Source of the DNA: an uncultured virus (IMG/VR IMGVR_UViG_3300025021_000095)
Lineage: Duplodnaviria > Heunggongvirae > Uroviricota > Caudoviricetes
IMG/VR virus record: IMGVR_UViG_3300025021_000095
Direction: 5' to 3' (one strand)
Length of the DNA: 64,000 bases
Of the stretch, positions 56,334-64,000 are shown piece by piece (positions within the stretch are counted from its first letter, which is position 1; each line of letters opens with the position of its first letter). A model generated the notes under the pieces. The model saw only the letters and a list, made by a program, of their open reading frames with translations. It searched no databases and was not told where the DNA came from. The translations under genes were made by a program, and so were the position numbers.

Positions 56334-57778
56334 ACGGGCCCCCTGGCGTGCTGAGCGATGGATGAGGCGGCCACGTCGCACCACAGGTTCAGCGTGGTGC
56401 AGGGCCCGGCCCGGTTCTTCCCGAGGATGATCTCAAGGGAGTGCTTGGTATCGAGCAGGCGGGTAGCGAGCTCGTCGTCGCCACCGGCCTTGATCTTCTG
56501 CTCGAGGTAGTAGGCCTCGCGGTAGAGGAAGAGGACGGTGTCTGCGTCCTGCTCAAGCTCACCGGAGTCGCGGAGATCCGGGAGCACGGGTCTCTTGTCC
56601 TGCCGCCCCTGCGCCTCGGTCTGGCGCGAGAGCTGGACGAGCAGCACGACGCAGATGTCCTCATCCTTGGCCAGTTGCTTGAGCGTGCCGGTGATCTCGC
56701 CGATCTCTAGGTTGCGGTTGCCACTGTAGCGGTCCGAGACCTTCATGAACTTGAGGTGGTCGATGAACACGACCCCGAGCTTCACGTTGGATTCCGCGAG
56801 TCGCTTCTTCTCGGCCCGGACGGCGAACAGGATCTCGGCGACCGAGGCGCCCGAGCGGCAGTCGACCTGCAGATGCAGCTTCGAGAGGCGCTGCTCGGCG
56901 TCCGCAAGGCGCCAGTCGTCCTCATCATCCGTGTGGCCGGCCATGATCTGGCCGTAGGAGAGAGGGCGATTGTGCAGGTAGCTGAGATCCGCGAGGTAGC
57001 GGGCCCACTGCTGGTCCTTGGTCACCTCAAGCTGGAAGACGAGCACGCCATCGTTCCGGGCCGAGCGGCGCGACATCGACGTCATCGCGACCGTCTTGCC
57101 CATCCCCGGTCTGGCGCCGAGCAGCCACAACTGGCCTCGCTGAAAGCCGCCTTGCGTCACACGGTCGAGATCGGGAATCCCCGATGAGATGGCGGTGCTA
57201 CCGACGGTGCCGGCCTTGATGCCCTTGATGCGGTCGAGCAGCCACCGTCCGCCGGTCGCGGCCGAGAGGCTGGTTCGCTTGTCGTCCGGCGCTTTGGCGC
57301 GCGTGACGAGCAGGTCGGCCATCACGTCCTCAATGAGCGAACCGCTGGCAGTCTCGATGCCGCCGTGGCGGGCCCGCTGCACGAGGTCCTCGCCGATCAC
57401 GACGAGCTCGCGCTTCATCGCGAAGTCGCGCACGATCTTGGCGTAGCCCGTGGCCTGGACGGTGGTGGCGGTGTTGAAGATCTGGGCGAGGTACTGCATC
57501 GCCGACACGCCCATGATCTCCGGCTTCGGCAGGTAGCCCTTGACCGTCATCGGCACGGCGTCGACGCCCTGGGCGATCAGGCTCGCGATCGTCGCGAAGA
57601 TCTCCTGATGCTCACCGAAGAAGAAGTGCTCGGCCTTCACCGAAGCCGCGATCTCGGCCATGCCGGCGTTACGCTGCATGAGAGCACCGAGAAGCGACTG
57701 CTCGACCTCGATGTTGTGCGGCGGCGCTTCAGCATCGGGCTGGGCCTGCTGGCGGAAGGGGACGACGGCGCTGCTCAT
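56330..57778 (-). CDS. dnaB: Replicative DNA helicase (DnaB-like)
   Basis: PPHNIEVEQSLLG, GARPGMGKT, FIDHL, QLSR, DLRDSGELEQDAD, KNRAGP. Confidence 0.93.
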   Translation of the reverse strand: MSSAVVPFRQQAQPDAEAPPHNIEVEQSLLGALMQRNAGMAEIAASVKAEHFFFGEHQEIFATIASLIAQGVDAVPMTVKGYLPKPEIMGVSAMQYLAQIFNTATTVQATGYAKIVRDFAMKRELVVIGEDLVQRARHGGIETASGSLIEDVMADLLVTRAKAPDDKRTSLSAATGGRWLLDRIKGIKAGTVGSTAISSGIPDLDRVTQGGFQRGQLWLLGARPGMGKTVAMTSMSRRSARNDGVLVFQLEVTKDQQWARYLADLSYLHNRPLSYGQIMAGHTDDEDDWRLADAEQRLSKLHLQVDCRSGASVAEILFAVRAEKKRLAESNVKLGVVFIDHLKFMKVSDRYSGNRNLEIGEITGTLKQLAKDEDICVVLLVQLSRQTEAQGRQDKRPVLPDLRDSGELEQDADTVLFLYREAYYLEQKIKAGGDDELATRLLDTKHSLEIILGKNRAGPCTTLNLWCDVAASSIAQHARGPV

Positions 57779-57975
57779 CCGAGCATCTCCCGGCGGTGCT
57801 TCTCCGACAGGCCGGCGCGGCGCATGAAGTCGTCGAAGGCGCGCACGGCCGCGGCCATGTCGACGATGTTGCCCGAGGCCTGCGCCTGCTTCAGCGCGGC
57901 GGCATAGGCCTCGAAGGAGGCGCCGGCTCGGGCGTCGCGCGCTTGCTGAAGGTCGACTACGGCCACGGCGGTCAC
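57775..57975 (-). CDS. Hypothetical protein
   Basis: Coupled ORF, GTG start. Confidence 0.6.
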   Translation of the reverse strand: MTAVAVVDLQQARDARAGASFEAYAAALKQAQASGNIVDMAAAVRAFDDFMRRAGLSEKHRREMLG

Positions 57976-58553
57976 TCCGCGGCCTGGAGGGGTGAGGCGT
58001 CGAAGCGACCGGCCTCGTGACCCCAGGACATCCATCCCGGCCGGCTCTCGCGCGAGAACAGGTCGGCGCGGCGCAGCGCGTCAGGCGCCAGCGCCTCGGC
58101 GGCGGCGTAGGCGGCGTCGGGCTTGCGCGAATGCTCACGGGTCGGGGCCATGATCACGGTGCGCACGGCGCGCCCCGCCCGGGGCCGTCCGAACTTGCCG
58201 ATCAGGAAGGGCTCGGAGGCCGAGCGCAGGACGTAGCCGGTGCCGAAGGCGAGCTTGCCGCCCGAGGTGGTCTTCACCCAAGCGCCGGCGGTCGTGAAGG
58301 TGAAGCCCCAGGCCGCCATGACCTCGAGCGCCTGCGGCAGCATGGGGTTCGTGGCCCAGAGCCAGAGGAAGGCGTCGCCGCGGGCGAGCTGCGCGACGGG
58401 CATCGCCTTGATCGCGTCGAGCGACATGCAGGCGTACTGCGCCTGCGGGCTCTTCCGCTCGCCGCGCGCCGACCGCAGGGCGAAAGACCACGGCGGGTCG
58501 GCCATGATGATGTCGAAGCCGAGCGGCGGCAGCGGTGCGAAGGGCCATGTCAT
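57972..58553 (-). CDS. MT-A70 family adenine methyltransferase
   Basis: IMADPPW, LWLWAT, WVK, REHSRKP, DLFSR. Confidence 0.92.
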   Translation of the reverse strand: MTWPFAPLPPLGFDIIMADPPWSFALRSARGERKSPQAQYACMSLDAIKAMPVAQLARGDAFLWLWATNPMLPQALEVMAAWGFTFTTAGAWVKTTSGGKLAFGTGYVLRSASEPFLIGKFGRPRAGRAVRTVIMAPTREHSRKPDAAYAAAEALAPDALRRADLFSRESRPGWMSWGHEAGRFDASPLQAAE

Positions 58554-58744
58554 GCCGCCCTCCGCCGATCTGCGATCATTCGCTCGGGCAGAAGCGAGAA
58601 GCCTCGCGCGAGCCGCGGTGCGAGCTCGGTCCCGTCCGGATGCCACCGACGCTCGCAGGCAGCCCAGGCCTCGGCCCTGTCGAGCATCTGGGCGTAGGTA
58701 CCGGTGGCGATGACCGCGCCGTCTTCGAGGAGCACCCACGTCAC
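58550..58744 (-). CDS. Hypothetical protein
   Basis: Coupled 64 aa ORF. Confidence 0.55.
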   Translation of the reverse strand: MTWVLLEDGAVIATGTYAQMLDRAEAWAACERRWHPDGTELAPRLARGFSLLPERMIADRRRAA

Positions 58745-58983
58745 CGGAATGCCTGCGAGCGAGTGAAGACCAGTTGCTGGGTGTCGAGCGGCATCTCGTC
58801 GAGCACCCGCATTGCGTGCGGGATCAGCCGCTCGTCCTGCAGGGCGGCGAACACGACGGCAGCGGCCTTCGTCTCGGCGGGAGGGAGGACGGCGCGGATG
58901 TCGTTCAGGCCCTGGCGCTGACGCTCGGGCCCACGGGCGGCGCGGAAGGCCGGATGCCGCTCAAAGATCGACGGATGTGTCAT
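58741..58983 (-). CDS. Hypothetical protein
   Basis: Coupled 80 aa ORF. Confidence 0.6.
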   Translation of the reverse strand: MTHPSIFERHPAFRAARGPERQRQGLNDIRAVLPPAETKAAAVVFAALQDERLIPHAMRVLDEMPLDTQQLVFTRSQAFR

Positions 58984-59498
58984 GCCGCCCTCGGTGTGCC
59001 GAGGACGCCGAGCTTGAAGCGCTCAGCATAGCGGGGGGCTCGTTCGTGTACCGTAGCCGCCCACAGTCCAAGGGCATCGGCCGCGTTGTCGTCGCGGGGC
59101 GACCAGCCCTGGCGCTGAGCCGCGGCGATCATCGCGGCCTTGTCGGCGTTGCCGTGTCCAGCGAAGAACTTCTTGACGCTCTGCAGGTGGTGCTCGGCGC
59201 AGCGGATGTCGCGCAGCCGGCAGCAGAACTCGGTGTGCCACGCAAGCCCCATCAGCTTACGGGCGGTGGCGGGCGTGGTCTTGCCCGCCAGGATCGGCGC
59301 CTCGAACACGATCAGCGCCGGGCTCTCCAGCGTGATCATGTCGAGAAGCCACTCGTTGTAGGCCTGGGCGAAGCGGCCGATGTCCTCGCCCGTGGCGGGC
59401 AGCACCTTGGTGCCGTAGCTCGGCTCCCCATCGGGCGAGCCACAGGCCCATCCCAACCGGGTTGCCAGATCAAGCGCGAGGATCTTCGGCAGCGCCAT
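58980..59498 (-). CDS. RuvC-like Holliday junction resolvase
   Basis: ILALDLATRLGW, VFEAP, VKKFFAGHGNADK, DNAADAL. Confidence 0.82.
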   Translation of the reverse strand: MALPKILALDLATRLGWACGSPDGEPSYGTKVLPATGEDIGRFAQAYNEWLLDMITLESPALIVFEAPILAGKTTPATARKLMGLAWHTEFCCRLRDIRCAEHHLQSVKKFFAGHGNADKAAMIAAAQRQGWSPRDDNAADALGLWAATVHERAPRYAERFKLGVLGTPRAA

Positions 59499-59501
59499 GG
59501 C

Positions 59502-59927
59502 TCAGTGCACCGCCGGGTCGAGCTGCTTGATGCCGCCGCGAAGCGCCTTGCTGTTGCGATCGGCCGCTTCGTCGTCGGCCTGGGCCTTCGCAGTCTGCCC
59601 GGCGCGCCGCTTGGCCTCGTCACCCTCGTCATCAGCGAACAGGTCGGCCTGCGGGTTGAGGTCGAGCTTCTCGCGGTAGTCGTCGAGTGACCGCAGGAAG
59701 TCGTCTCGCTTGTCCTGCTCCATGCGCTTCAGCGACAGCACGAGCTTGAACGCCTTGCGGTTGATGCCGTGGGTCTCCTCGGCATCCTTGACCGCAGCGC
59801 CGAGCTCGCCGCGGGCCTCATCCATGTCGGCTTTCATGCCATCGCACCTGGCGATGAGGCTCTTCAGAACCTCGGGGTGCACGCCCGCCTGCTTCTTCGC
59901 CTTGGCGTCCTTCAGCTTCTCAGCCAT
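59502..59927 (-). CDS. GapR-like (DUF2312-related) DNA-binding protein
   Basis: LKSLIARC...AVKDAE..HGINRKAFKLVLSLKRM...LDDYREKL. Confidence 0.65.
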   Translation of the reverse strand: MAEKLKDAKAKKQAGVHPEVLKSLIARCDGMKADMDEARGELGAAVKDAEETHGINRKAFKLVLSLKRMEQDKRDDFLRSLDDYREKLDLNPQADLFADDEGDEAKRRAGQTAKAQADDEAADRNSKALRGGIKQLDPAVH

Positions 59928-59975
59928 GTCGGCTCCTCGTCTGTCGCGCGGGATCGCCCCGCGTGGGCGGGCCGC

Positions 59976-60269
59976 TCAGGGCCAGGAAGAGTGGACAGCC
60001 GGAAGCTGCGGCTCGCGGCGTGGCACGCGAGGCTCGACGGGCTCGGAGGCGATCTCGACGCAGGCCGCGACGTGCGCCTCCTGCGTCAGGCGGCAGAGGT
60101 GGCCTAGCGCGACGTCATCAAGATCGACGTCGAGTTCCGGCACGCCGGCCCGCTCCACCTTGAAGGCGGCGCCCTTCCCGATCCGGGTCAGGATCATGAC
60201 GGCGACCTGAACGCCCTCGGCGTCGAAGATCGTGAGGCCGTCCACTCGAAGCTCGACGCGTCCGCTCAT
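59976..60269 (-). CDS. Hypothetical protein
   Basis: Coupled ORF MSGRVELRVDG. Confidence 0.6.
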   Translation of the reverse strand: MSGRVELRVDGLTIFDAEGVQVAVMILTRIGKGAAFKVERAGVPELDVDLDDVALGHLCRLTQEAHVAACVEIASEPVEPRVPRREPQLPAVHSSWP

Positions 60270-60433
60270 CGGTGCCCCCAGTCTTCGAGCTCGGGGTCTA
60301 GGGCGCGGGCCCGCTCGTCGAGCCACCGCGAGGCGGTGAGCACCGGGACCGACAGGCTGCCGATCCAGAGCAGGCCGATGGACAGGCCGCGCAGGGCCGT
60401 GGCCGCGCCTCGAGCAAGACGCACCCGCATCAT
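60266..60433 (-). CDS. Small membrane hypothetical protein
   Basis: MMRVRLARGAATALRGLSIGLLWIGSLSVPVL...; ATGA overlaps at both ends. Confidence 0.5.
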   Translation of the reverse strand: MMRVRLARGAATALRGLSIGLLWIGSLSVPVLTASRWLDERARALDPELEDWGHR

Positions 60434-60792
60434 GGCCGCCCCTCCCGAAGAACCTTGAGCTGCTGACTGAGTGCCGCAGCCTGACGCTCAAGACGCGCCT
60501 GCTGGCAGACGCGCGCAGCCTCTTGCAGCGATGCAGGCGAAGCGTCGGGCGAGACGAAGACGAACAGTTCGGGCCCGTAGGCTTCGATGAGCCGGTGGTA
60601 GGCGGTGCCGGACGGCGAGGACGCGCGTTCCAGCCACTTCGAGACCGTCTTGGCCGAGATCCCGGTATCGGCCTCGACGTTGGCGGCGGTCTTCGCCGGA
60701 TGGATTCCGCGCAGGAACTCGCCGATCCGCTCTGCGAAAGTTTGGGGTTCGATCACCCCAAGCTGTCGCAGGACTTCCCCAGACTTTCGCAT
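60430..60792 (-). CDS. HTH regulator (CII-position)
   Basis: HPAKTAANVEADTGISAKTVSKWL HTH. Confidence 0.75.
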   Translation of the reverse strand: MRKSGEVLRQLGVIEPQTFAERIGEFLRGIHPAKTAANVEADTGISAKTVSKWLERASSPSGTAYHRLIEAYGPELFVFVSPDASPASLQEAARVCQQARLERQAAALSQQLKVLREGRP

Positions 60793-61093
60793 GTCGCTCC
60801 TCGATGCTGTGAACATCGAGGAGCGATTTGCAGAGGAGGGCATCGCGGATGAGGTCATGCCGCGACTCCGAGGTGAACGACGCGACCACCGACAGCTTGC
60901 CGGCGGGGGTGGACGCGACGGAAGAAAAGAGCCGAGGCGAGACGCCCCGGCAGTCGGGTCAGCGAGGTAAACCGACTCGCTGCCGGGCTGAAAAAGAGGA
61001 GCGGGCGAGCGGCCTCAGCCGTCTCGCGCGCAGGAAGCTGGCGCGACTGATCCGCCTGCACGGCGGGAAGGCGCAGTGGGGGCAATGAGCCGA

Positions 61094-61531
61094 TCACGGG
61101 CGCGCCTCCGAGTACTGGCGGATGGCGCGGGCCGCGATGCTCGGCGGCACGCCGAGCGCGGACTCGATATCGTCGAGGCTCAGCCCGTGGTCGTGCAGGC
61201 AGGCGATGCCGTTGTCGCTGTAGGCGACACCGGCGGCCGCCTGAGCACGGACGGTCCGAGCGAGGATCGATGCGCTGTTGTCGCTGCGCGTGCCAACGAT
61301 CTCGTTGACCGCCGCTACGATCTCATCACGCGAGCGCGCCCTCTGCCGGCGTCTACGCTTTGGTTCGGCCAGCCCATTGGCGCGCCAGATAGCTTCGAGA
61401 CCGAGAACATTTGCGCGGAGGCAGACCCAGTGACGGCCGACGAGGATGCGGCGTGCGACTTCGCCTGCGGTCAAGCCCTCGGCCAGGAGGCTGACGATCG
61501 TCGCATCATACTCGTCGCTGACCCTCGTCAC
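61094..61531 (-). CDS. HTH-containing hypothetical protein
   Basis: EGLTAGEVARRI and GLSLDDIESALGV motifs. Confidence 0.6.
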   Translation of the reverse strand: MTRVSDEYDATIVSLLAEGLTAGEVARRILVGRHWVCLRANVLGLEAIWRANGLAEPKRRRRQRARSRDEIVAAVNEIVGTRSDNSASILARTVRAQAAAGVAYSDNGIACLHDHGLSLDDIESALGVPPSIAARAIRQYSEARP

Positions 61532-61668
61532 GGCCGCCCCCACGCAATCGGGGCGTCGAAGGGCTCGCTACTGGTGCTCGAGCAGGCCCACATGACTACG
61601 GCGATGCTCACCAGCATGGCCAAAAGGCAGAGGCGGTCGGACGCCGTGATGCAGCGGAAGCGGGTCAT
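61528..61668 (-). CDS. Small TM hypothetical protein
   Basis: MTRFRC...LCLLAMLVSIAVVMWAC. Confidence 0.5.
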   Translation of the reverse strand: MTRFRCITASDRLCLLAMLVSIAVVMWACSSTSSEPFDAPIAWGRP

Positions 61669-61985
61669 GGCCGGCCTCCCGCCTCGTACGCGGCGAAGGC
61701 GTCGATGAACCGGCCGGTGATGCCGATGGGCGATCCGTCCGGCTCGCGGGCGACGGACTTCGCTAACGCCTGGATCGGCGCCCCATGCTGAAGGGCGAAG
61801 GAGAGCGCGATCCCGGTGTCGTGGCCATCGTCGGCCACATCGGACGACGCCTTCGAGCAATCGAGAAAGACCTCGGCGAGGCTACCGTCTGGATAGCGAC
61901 CGATGCCGGCCGTCCAGCGGGAACCGCGATGCTCGAAGTCGAAGGCCTCGTGCGAGCGCCGGTTCGGGAGGACGGCGCGGGTCAT
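61665..61985 (-). CDS. TSCPD-domain protein (stand-alone RNR C-terminal-like)
   Basis: LPNRR, GSLAEVFL, ALSFALQHGAP. Confidence 0.75.
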   Translation of the reverse strand: MTRAVLPNRRSHEAFDFEHRGSRWTAGIGRYPDGSLAEVFLDCSKASSDVADDGHDTGIALSFALQHGAPIQALAKSVAREPDGSPIGITGRFIDAFAAYEAGGRP

Positions 61986-62263
61986 GCCGAGACTCCCAAC
62001 GAGACCGCCTCACCGGACGCCGACCGGATGGATGCGCATTCGGGGCGGTCGATCCCCTCCGGCCACTCGGCGCCCTCGGGCCAGTTGTCGGAGAGCCAGC
62101 GGAGCGCGCTCGCGAGGTGACGGGATCCGACGTCGCCACCCTCGCGCAGAAGGCGGACACGCTTTCCGTCGTTGAAGAGGAAGGCAGAGACACGCGCGTC
62201 GGACACCTCGCGCTTCGCGCGGAAGGCGTCGATGACCCGCAGGAGATGGTCGACCGTCAGCAT
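61982..62263 (-). CDS. Cro-like repressor
   Basis: Divergent from cI; RVSAFLFNDGKRV...WLSDNWPEGAEWP. Confidence 0.8.
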   Translation of the reverse strand: MLTVDHLLRVIDAFRAKREVSDARVSAFLFNDGKRVRLLREGGDVGSRHLASALRWLSDNWPEGAEWPEGIDRPECASIRSASGEAVSLGVSA

Positions 62264-62275
62264 GGCCACATTAAT

Positions 62276-62348
62276 GGGGGCTATCTCCCCCATTCGTCAA
62301 GGCCTACTTCCCCCTCGGTGCCACGGAAGGCCGGGGGTATTTTCCCCC
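62276..62348. promoter_or_regulatory. cro/cI operator region (GGGGG-N6-CCCCC x2 plus a half site)
   Basis: 62276-62291 and 62333-62348; TTGACG -35 on the minus strand at 62295-62300. Confidence 0.8.
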
Positions 62349-62350
62349 GC

Positions 62351-63079
62351 ATGGCAAGAGACATTCGCGTGCGTATTCAGGAGCGGCTTGCCGACCTTCA
62401 GAAGTCCATGCGGGCGGCGTCGATTGACGGCGGTATGGGGGCGACGGCGATCAAGGATCTCATGCGTCGGCCGAATGACTCGCCCAGCATGGAAACGGTT
62501 GAGAAGCTGGCCAAAGGGCTAAACACGACCGCCGCATGGCTTGCATACGAAGCCGGACCGAAGACGCTTCGACCCACCTCGTCCGGCGGCTTAGCCGACG
62601 CCAGCCGGAACTTTGGCCTCGCGCGAGTCGATGGTTCTGTTAGTGCGGGGATGTTCCTTGCGGCATCGGTATTTGACGATACCCCGGGTGAGATGATTTC
62701 CGCCCCGCGCGATCCCGACTACCCCTTCGCCGCTCAACTCGCCTTCCGCGTCGAGGGCGACTCCATGGACAAGGCTGAGCCACGACCCATTCGTGATGGC
62801 GACTTCGTTATCTGCTGCGCGTGGTCTGATCTCGGCCTTGAGCCCGCCGATGGAATGATCCTCGTCATCCAGCAGACCTTGGACGACGGCAGACTGCGCG
62901 AGCGATCGGTCAAGAAATTCAGCCTCGACGGCGATAGGGCCATTTTCGCTCCTATGTCGTCGAACCCCAAGCATGCGCCGATCATCGTGCCAAGAGACTT
63001 CAATCCCGAGGATGGAAAGCAGGTGACCATCCTCGGTTTGGTGCGTTTTGTGTTCGACTATCAAGTCATTCGTTGGTAG
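62351..63079 (+). CDS. cI: CI repressor (HTH plus S24 peptidase)
   Basis: N-terminal HTH, SAG cleavage site, VEGDSM, SVKKF. Confidence 0.9.
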   Translation: MARDIRVRIQERLADLQKSMRAASIDGGMGATAIKDLMRRPNDSPSMETVEKLAKGLNTTAAWLAYEAGPKTLRPTSSGGLADASRNFGLARVDGSVSAGMFLAASVFDDTPGEMISAPRDPDYPFAAQLAFRVEGDSMDKAEPRPIRDGDFVICCAWSDLGLEPADGMILVIQQTLDDGRLRERSVKKFSLDGDRAIFAPMSSNPKHAPIIVPRDFNPEDGKQVTILGLVRFVFDYQVIRW

Positions 63080-63365
63080 TCGATCGCCCTTCGCCGGGCT
63101 GAAGCATGTAGCGGACCGATAGGATCGTCGCCCCAGTCTCCCCGCAATACATGCAATCCGGGTCTATCTCCTTGACGGCTCCCGACTCGTAGAAGTCGTG
63201 CATCGTCGCGGGGTCGTCTGGTTCGTCGACCATGCGGACGACCTGGGACCGCTCACGGTCGCAACAGCGACAGCGAAGCCGCACTGAAAAGGCACGCTCT
63301 TGCGCCAGCGGCATCGAATCGGCCGAGAGGGTGGAACGCTCGACGGTCAGCAGTGACATGGGCAT
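63066..63365 (-). CDS. SOS-boxed small Zn-ribbon protein
   Basis: CRCC...CMYC; GAGGAG RBS; LexA box upstream. Confidence 0.7.
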   Translation of the reverse strand: MPMSLLTVERSTLSADSMPLAQERAFSVRLRCRCCDRERSQVVRMVDEPDDPATMHDFYESGAVKEIDPDCMYCGETGATILSVRYMLQPGEGRSTTNE

Positions 63366-63375
63366 CTCCTCAGAT

Positions 63376-63390
63376 GTTCTTACTTCGTTC
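63376..63390 (-). promoter_or_regulatory. LexA (SOS) box
   Basis: GTTC ttacttc GTTC, ~10 nt upstream of ATG 63365. Confidence 0.8.
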
Positions 63391-63564
63391 TCAATCCATG
63401 GTAGAGTCAATCGGCGACAATACGCGCCCTGAAAATTTTTCACCGGCTGTGCGGAAGTCCGAATTTATCAACAAATACAAGGTTTTGTCGGTGTATACAG
63501 GCTGTTGATTTACCTTACGCCGGGTCAGCATCTCACGGTGCGTAGACCGCCAGAATGAGAGAAC

Positions 63565-63617
63565 GGGGGCAAAAGCCCCCATAAAGGATTGACGGGGGCA
63601 ATATCCCCCACTATCTT
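63565..63617 (+). promoter_or_regulatory. Early promoter with two operators
   Basis: GGGGG-N6-CCCCC at 63565 and 63594; TTGACG-17-TATCTT. Confidence 0.8.
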
Positions 63618-63654
63618 GCCTCCATCGCCTCACCCCGAGGCGGTGGAGCGACCG

Positions 63655-63891
63655 ATGTCCCAGGCCCCAGTATACGGCCCGCTGAAGCTGTTCCGGTCGG
63701 CCAAGAGCACGGCTTACGCTCGAACCAAGGCCGAGGCTGCCATCAAGCTCGGCGTCGAAGTGTCCGCCGTGCAGGGCCCCCGGTTCACCGATGCTCTGCG
63801 CGGTGAGCCGACCGGCAAGCGGCGGCACCCAGAGGTCGCCTACCTCGATAGCCGCGCGGTCGTCCGCCGGCTCAACCGGTCGGCCGCCTGA
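63655..63891 (+). CDS. Early phage hypothetical protein
   Basis: First ORF after the promoter; GGAG RBS. Confidence 0.6.
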   Translation: MSQAPVYGPLKLFRSAKSTAYARTKAEAAIKLGVEVSAVQGPRFTDALRGEPTGKRRHPEVAYLDSRAVVRRLNRSAA

Positions 63892-64000
63892 CATGGCCGC
63901 CCCGACCCCCCTCCCGAGCGACACGCCATTCCACACGGACGGTCGCCTGAACTTCCGGGCCGCGCTCCAGCAGGCCCGCCTCGACCGCGCTCACGAGCGC

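Larger units (their letters stand above)
10094..64000. mobile_element. Temperate prophage with contractile tail (myovirus morphology); right end beyond window
   Basis: Ordered lysis, tail, sheath, capsid, terminase, replication and immunity modules. Confidence 0.95.

Overview
High-GC alphaproteobacterial chromosome window, Methylobacterium/Methylorubrum-like by inference (pcm-tolC order, GTTC-N7-GTTC LexA boxes, CtrA box). It has three parts. (1) 1-3580 is core host DNA: partial tolC, pcm, tRNA-Cys, tRNA-Asn and a spore-photoproduct-lyase-family radical SAM gene. (2) ~3600-10090 is an old decayed island: prophage-derived fragments, a DUF1236 protein, a GAF/PAS hybrid histidine kinase and a broken tyrosine integrase. 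(3) 10094 to beyond 64000 is an apparently near-intact temperate myovirus-type prophage, bounded on the left by a tRNA-Ser-like 3' end (att). It carries small early genes, an SOS-boxed umuDC cassette, a RelE/HigA TA pair, a lysis cassette, a large multi-fibre tail module, baseplate, tape measure, sheath, DUF2184 capsid, portal, terminase, NusG-like antiterminator, GcrA-like, DUF1376 initiator with iterons, DnaB, MT-A70, RuvC-like, GapR-like and a cro/cI switch with operators. The most unusual signals are a 145-nt tRNA-like RNA with a 91-nt structured insert, a LexA-boxed Zn-ribbon gene convergent on cI, a tape-measure lysozyme paired with a convergent membrane moron, a spike ending in a hydrophobic segment, a 24-aa membrane microprotein in the neck operon, and segments shared between the old island and the prophage. 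Family assignments come from motif recognition only; no searches were run.
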